Shown here: piece by piece, positions 59,772 through 64,000 of the stretch
How positions within the stretch are numbered: position 1 is the stretch's first letter
Layout: the number at the start of each line of letters is the position of its first letter
Source of the DNA: an uncultured bacterium
Lineage (GTDB): Bacteria > Planctomycetota > Planctomycetia > Planctomycetales > Planctomycetaceae
Reading direction: 5' to 3'
Assembly: GCA_963974925.1 (NCBI GenBank)
Contig: CAXBFD010000014.1
Location: 10,027 to 74,026 of the forward strand
DNA: 64,000 bases
Translations under genes and position numbers: made by a program
The notes under the pieces: generated by a model
What the model was told of the DNA's origin: nothing
What the model saw: the letters and a program-made list of their open reading frames with translations, nothing else
Databases searched by the model: none

Positions 59772-59807
59772 CACAGCACTATTTTCAACACGTTTCGCGG
59801 GAATGGA

Positions 59808-61211
59808 CTACGACGGGTGTTCATCGTCCAGACCAATGTCGAGTGCTTCCATGCGGCGATACAATTTTGCTCTGGTTAACCCCAGCAGCCGGGCTGCTTC
59901 AGTCCGATTATTTTTGGATTGCTCCAGGGCGCCCAGGATCTGTTCTGCCTCAAGCTCGCGGAGCGTTTCCTCCAGAGGTCTGACGGGGGAAGACAATGAC
60001 AGGGCAGGTCCCAGTCCGCGCGCATCAATGCCTGTCTTCAGTCGCAATGGCAGCGACTCCTGTGTGATCAGCAGCTCTGACGTCGCCTGGAAAGCTGCCT
60101 GAATAATTTTCGTCAGTTCGTCCAGATTCGCAGGCCAGAAGTAATCCTGAAACAGAGAAAGGACACCCGGAGCAAATCCGCTCACCTGCTTCTCCTGATA
60201 TCGATTTTCATTTTCCAGAAAATGCTGCGCCAACAGTTCCAGATCATCCCTGCGCTCTCTTAACGGGGGAACTTCGATCTCGATCGTCGTGATCAGATAG
60301 TAAAATTCAGGGAGAATCAATTCCTGATTTAAAAGATCGGGTAAAGCGGATGAACTGGCCGTGATTAATCGGATGCTTTCTTTGGACGTTGCCAATTGAT
60401 AATTCGATAAAATCAATTCCTGGATATCACGCGAAAGGAATTCAATATGAGCAAGAAAAAGAACGCCAGGCTCGAGAGGCACCGTTTCGTCAAAATCTCT
60501 CTGAAAGATTTTTGTGACAGTCTGTTTCAATTCCCGCGCTGGCAACATCTTGCAATCAAGGGGGATAAAGATTTTCCTGCGCTGCTCACTTTCGAAATGA
60601 ATGGCTCGTGCCAGATGCTCTTTTCCCGTGCCCGGCTCGCCACAGAAATGGATTGGCTGATTCGTTTTTATGGCCAGCTCCAATTGCCGCAAGACACGTT
60701 GCATGGCGTCATTTTTCGCAACAATCGTCGAAAAGCGAAACCGGTTTCTCAAGGACAGACGCAACGCGGCCAGTTCAGCGTGCAACTGCTGAGGCGGGGA
60801 TGCGATCGGTAACGCCTGCGGCGCTTCGATTCGATCAATGATCCCCAGGACCAGTTTTGTCTGGCGCTGATCAGCCAGCAAAGGAATATAACGAATCACA
60901 CACGGTAACGTTTTTCCGCTGCGCGTCAGCAGGTAACGGGGAGCCTCGGATCGGTTTCCCTTAAAAACTTCCGGAGGAGGACATAACAGGTTGCAGACCG
61001 ATTCACACTCATCGGCGTCCGTATCCACGGCATAATCACAAGTCTGTCCTTGAATTTCCGCCGCCGGCCATTCTAATAGTTTTTCGCAGCCCTGATTGAA
61101 AAACACTACCGTTCGTGACGTATCGATCAGAAATAAAGGCGTATCGAGCGAACTCAAACGGGCTTCCAGTCGGGTGCGGCGTCCTGATCCTCGCTTCATA
61201 CTTTCCCGCAC
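59808..61211 (-). CDS. sigma54-activator-like (bEBP) AAA+ regulator with PAS-like N-terminus and Fis-type HTH; degenerate motifs
   Basis: Walker A GEPGTGKE, the PPLRERRDDLELLAQHFL region, and the C-terminal HTH NRTEAARLLGLTRAKLYRRM. No GAFTGA loop is present, and Walker B reads VLFLAHIEF. Confidence 0.75.
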   Translation of the reverse strand: MRESMKRGSGRRTRLEARLSSLDTPLFLIDTSRTVVFFNQGCEKLLEWPAAEIQGQTCDYAVDTDADECESVCNLLCPPPEVFKGNRSEAPRYLLTRSGKTLPCVIRYIPLLADQRQTKLVLGIIDRIEAPQALPIASPPQQLHAELAALRLSLRNRFRFSTIVAKNDAMQRVLRQLELAIKTNQPIHFCGEPGTGKEHLARAIHFESEQRRKIFIPLDCKMLPARELKQTVTKIFQRDFDETVPLEPGVLFLAHIEFLSRDIQELILSNYQLATSKESIRLITASSSALPDLLNQELILPEFYYLITTIEIEVPPLRERRDDLELLAQHFLENENRYQEKQVSGFAPGVLSLFQDYFWPANLDELTKIIQAAFQATSELLITQESLPLRLKTGIDARGLGPALSLSSPVRPLEETLRELEAEQILGALEQSKNNRTEAARLLGLTRAKLYRRMEALDIGLDDEHPS

Positions 61212-61295
61212 CTCCCGTAAAAATTCGATCCGTCAGCTGAACCAGATTTCATTTACTGAAATCTGGGAACTTCAATGAAAGAGAAGTGCCAACCT

Positions 61296-62387
61296 TCATC
61301 TTTGCACACGACCGGATCCGCCACCATACATCAATGCTTCAATTTCCGAACGAGTCGAATAGTTAAAATCTCCCTGAATACTGTGCTTCAAACAACTGGC
61401 GGCAACCGCATAACGTATGGCTGTCTCCAGGGAAGCCAGCTCCGGGGTGTTCAGCGCAAAAATCAAAGCTCCGGCAAAGGAATCGCCGGCCCCGACCCGG
61501 TCAACAATGTTGTGAATGGGATAACTGGAATAATTACCATCCGAATCACATGGTGCAAAACAGGCCTGCTGCTGACTCTGATCATACAACATCGCGCCCC
61601 AGTTATTATGACTGGCAGAAATACTTTCGCGCAACGTGATCGCGACCTGTTTTACATTGGGATACTGGCTGGTAATTTGTTCTGCAACCGAAAGATACCC
61701 CTGAATATTCAGCTCGCCCGCTTCGACATCAGATTCAGGCGCTCTGATTCCCAATGATAAATCCGCATCTTCCTCATTCGCGATCACAAGATCAACATAG
61801 GGAATGAGAGACTGCATCGTCTCTCTGGCTAAGTCAATCGGTTTGGTGTTTGATTTCCAGTTCCAGAGTTTTTTGCGAAAATTCAAATCGCAGGATACCA
61901 TCACATTGCGCTGACGCGCTTCCTGGAGCGCTTTGATGGTTAATTGTGCTGCCGATTCACTGATCGCCGGCGTAATCCCCGTGATATGAAACCAGGTCGC
62001 CCCTTCAAAAATCTGATCCCAGTCAAACATCTCGGAGGAAGCTGAAGCGATCGAGCTGAACTCGCGATCATAAGTGACGGTCCCTCCTCGCTGATTCGCT
62101 CCCGTTTCTACGAAATAAATGCCGAATCGTCCCTGTTTGCTGCGATAGACCAGGCTGGAATCAACGCCCGTTTTTCCCATCTCCTGAATGAGCGAGTCCG
62201 TAATCGCATTATCGGGTGATGCCGTCACAAAAGCGGAAGTACCTCCTTGAAAGGCAACAGAAACGGCTACATTCAGCTCGCCTCCGCCGAACGTTGATTC
62301 AAGCAGACCGGGAATGGATTGCCTGATTCTCAGATGATTTTGAGGGGCCAGCCTCAACATAACCTCACCAAAAGTAACAACTCTCAC
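61296..62387 (-). CDS. PfkB-family sugar kinase, 2-keto-3-deoxygluconate kinase-like
   Basis: TFGGGELNVAVS N-terminal motif and the PfkB signature VDRVGAGDSFAGALIFAL. Confidence 0.8.
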   Translation of the reverse strand: MRVVTFGEVMLRLAPQNHLRIRQSIPGLLESTFGGGELNVAVSVAFQGGTSAFVTASPDNAITDSLIQEMGKTGVDSSLVYRSKQGRFGIYFVETGANQRGGTVTYDREFSSIASASSEMFDWDQIFEGATWFHITGITPAISESAAQLTIKALQEARQRNVMVSCDLNFRKKLWNWKSNTKPIDLARETMQSLIPYVDLVIANEEDADLSLGIRAPESDVEAGELNIQGYLSVAEQITSQYPNVKQVAITLRESISASHNNWGAMLYDQSQQQACFAPCDSDGNYSSYPIHNIVDRVGAGDSFAGALIFALNTPELASLETAIRYAVAASCLKHSIQGDFNYSTRSEIEALMYGGGSGRVQR

Positions 62388-62965
62388 GATACACCTTCAT
62401 ATTAAGTTAGAAACGATTCACGGATGAAATACTGTACTCAGCTTACCTCGGTCCGGGGAATCATTCCAGCATCGCGATCGAAGTCGTCTGACCAGGGGAT
62501 TCACCAACAGGAACAGTGATCAAACATGCCCCATAATGGCTTGCCATTTCTGACCGCTGAAAACCATTTTTACAAGTCATTGGATTCTTGGTTTATTTTT
62601 TAATAAAATGAACTGGTGTGCCAAACAGTTGTCATACCCTTGCTTTAGAATCCCCGTGCTGACTTGGAATTGATTAATCAGATACGACCAAAACAGGTGG
62701 CGGCAGTTTCGTCTAGCCCGTTCAGGGACAGAGATGGAGATGGACGGGGTTGCCTGCATGGAACTGCCGCCCCGCTGTACTGACTGATTGCTTCTGAGAG
62801 CACCCTATATTAATCTGATTGAAGTGTACAATCAATAAATACTGAGAGTGATCAGATTGGAGGGCTTTGCCTGATTAAGAATGATTCTTTGATTTAAGGC
62901 AGTTAAATCATTTTGCCTTTGAAGCCAATAAAATAGATTGCGGGTCACGGTTTTAAACATGTACA

Positions 62966-63181
62966 ATGAATCAGGGAAGAATTCCTATGCTCCAAAACGA
63001 ATCAGAAGTGGTCTGCCCGGCTTGTGATAAAAAAATCACACCGAAATATGGGATCAATGAAACCCGTCAGTTAACCTCTTTGGAGTATCAATCCAAGAGG
63101 CTGGGCTGTTCTGTCGAATGCCCGTATTGTGGACATGTTTTTATCTACAAAAGCCATGACGACGATAAACAGGTCTCTTAA
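62966..63181 (+). CDS. small zinc-ribbon protein (71 aa)
   Basis: CPACDKK...CPYCGH pairs. It is convergent with the last gene, with 19 nt between the stops. Confidence 0.35.
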   Translation: MNQGRIPMLQNESEVVCPACDKKITPKYGINETRQLTSLEYQSKRLGCSVECPYCGHVFIYKSHDDDKQVS

Positions 63182-63200
63182 CCTGACCTTTGGCTTCCGC

Positions 63201-63992
63201 CTAAAAATCCACCATCATCCCCAGATTTAAAATCATTGAGCCAATCAGGCAGCAATAGCAAATCAACGCCATTCTCTTCTGTATCGGATGATGGTACCGG
63301 GCAAGAGGTTTTGCAAAGCAGATCTGTATCATTATTTTTGCGCAGACAAAAGCGACAATGGTGGAAGAAATCAGCATCACGACAGCAAGTCCAAGATAAC
63401 CTGAGTGAACCGTCGCCAGCATGCCCGCCGCTGATTCCTGATGAATTTCAAAAAGCGACTGCAATGTCTGCCACTTCATCCGAAATGCAGCGAACCCGGG
63501 AAAACAGGCCAAAGTCGCCAATAAAATCACAGCCGCGATTCCCAGGAAACGCTGATCCCCGATCAGCCCCTGTAACTGTTCCTGGTATCTGATCTCTGTG
63601 TGATGATCGCCCAGGCTGTCCAGCAGACAGGCCAACCCAAATACAGCCAGAAGAATCATGATCAGTTCCGGCGAAAACGCTTGCATCATTTCCGGAATGG
63701 AAATCGCATCTCCTCCGAATGGTTCATGACGCCATTTCCAACACGTGGCTGAAAGCTGCGCAAAGAAAACGCCGGCGATTTGCATCACGATCAAAACCAA
63801 TGTGGTTTTTAATTCTTGCGTAATCAGCAACAGGCCGGCTGTGGATGTCAGCACGATCAAAGCCATAAAAAACAAAATCTGTTCCGTGTACCCGAAATAA
63901 ATCACCGCGATCTGATGCACGAACAGAATTAAAAACACCGCTCCCGCACAGAGGGGAATCAAAGCAGATAATGCAGAGAGCCAGAAAGGCAT
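63201..63992 (-). CDS. polytopic membrane protein, function unknown
   Basis: 263 aa with about 8 hydrophobic helices. No motif recognised. Confidence 0.45.
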   Translation of the reverse strand: MPFWLSALSALIPLCAGAVFLILFVHQIAVIYFGYTEQILFFMALIVLTSTAGLLLITQELKTTLVLIVMQIAGVFFAQLSATCWKWRHEPFGGDAISIPEMMQAFSPELIMILLAVFGLACLLDSLGDHHTEIRYQEQLQGLIGDQRFLGIAAVILLATLACFPGFAAFRMKWQTLQSLFEIHQESAAGMLATVHSGYLGLAVVMLISSTIVAFVCAKIMIQICFAKPLARYHHPIQKRMALICYCCLIGSMILNLGMMVDF

Positions 63993-64000
63993 CTCTTTCA

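Larger units (their letters stand above)
58590..59800 (+). mobile_element. IS630-family insertion sequence (boundaries approximate; terminal inverted repeats not confidently identified)
   Basis: Two overlapping transposase ORFs (HTH part and DDE part) are joined by an A7 slippery run. The element is wedged into the 1.38-kb gap between the DUF374 gene start and the stop of the sigma54-activator-like gene. Confidence 0.7.

Noticed and set aside
58398-59789. 10-bp direct repeat TATTTTCAAC (58398-58407 and 59780-59789) as a target-site duplication of the IS
   Set aside because: The left copy lies inside the DUF374 coding sequence, downstream of its probable start. The element would then have to include the gene's 5' end. 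IS630-family elements duplicate only TA. This is most likely coincidence.
62742-62840. TPP-riboswitch-like string GGGGTTGC ... CTGAGAGCACCCTATATTAATCTGATTGAAG
   Set aside because: It resembles GGGGUGC...CUGAGA...ACCC...CCUGAUC only locally. The expected P3 stem and the pyrophosphate-sensing helix (GG.UAAUACC.GCG) are absent. The upstream part is already engaged in the stronger 62699/62771 stem, and no thiamine gene is adjacent.
1-64000. Searched for rRNA, tRNA, tmRNA, CRISPR arrays and reverse-transcriptase-based elements
   Set aside because: No T-loop-like GGTTCGAATCC contexts occur outside coding sequence. I noticed no regularly spaced direct repeats and no RT motifs in any tracked ORF. 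This was visual inspection only, so short or degenerate elements could have been missed.

Overview
The window is a 64-kb bacterial chromosomal segment of about 50% GC by eye. Its gene content points to Planctomycetota, possibly Gimesia-like. That assignment is an inference from a formylglycine sulfatase, a SEC-C/TPR protein, a prenyltransferase/squalene-oxidase-repeat protein behind ExbD, a beta-helix protein and many membrane-anchored coiled-coil or low-complexity proteins. Most of the window is ordinary housekeeping or catabolic: csrA, S41 peptidase, M32 and M24 peptidases, TlpA-like thioredoxin, rhodanese, cysK plus a cystathionine-type PLP enzyme, ribD, thrC, ggt, mtaB-like, tmk, a KdgK-like kinase, and two sugar loci (sulfatase/FSA/NagB-like/PIG-L and HPS-like/ADH/isomerase). 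I found no rRNA, tRNA or CRISPR. One IS630-family element (58.6-59.8 kb) has an A7 frameshift site. The most unusual region is 24.6-29.1 kb. It holds a very tightly packed, translationally coupled nine-gene minus-strand operon. Its envelope-directed genes are a TM/coiled-coil 81-aa protein, an HD-motif DUF1353/PLA2-like protein, and a secreted S1 protease with a coiled-coil tail. Its nucleic-acid-directed genes are a Zn-ribbon protein, a ParB/Srx-like protein, and an ABC-ATPase fused to a GNAT acetyltransferase. There are no capsid, terminase or integrase genes. I cannot assign this operon to any named system. It sits beside an AT-richer, gene-poor stretch carrying an excisionase-like HTH gene. 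Secondary candidates are: a pair of paralogous anchored coiled-coil proteins plus an untracked 54-aa ORF; a STAS-TM protein with a short GspE-type ATPase; a membrane-anchored toxin-like protein with a Cys-rich neighbour; a thrC whose conserved N-terminus has no canonical start codon; and a sigma54-activator-like protein with degenerate motifs. All calls come from reading motifs in the translations and sequence by eye. No database search was run.
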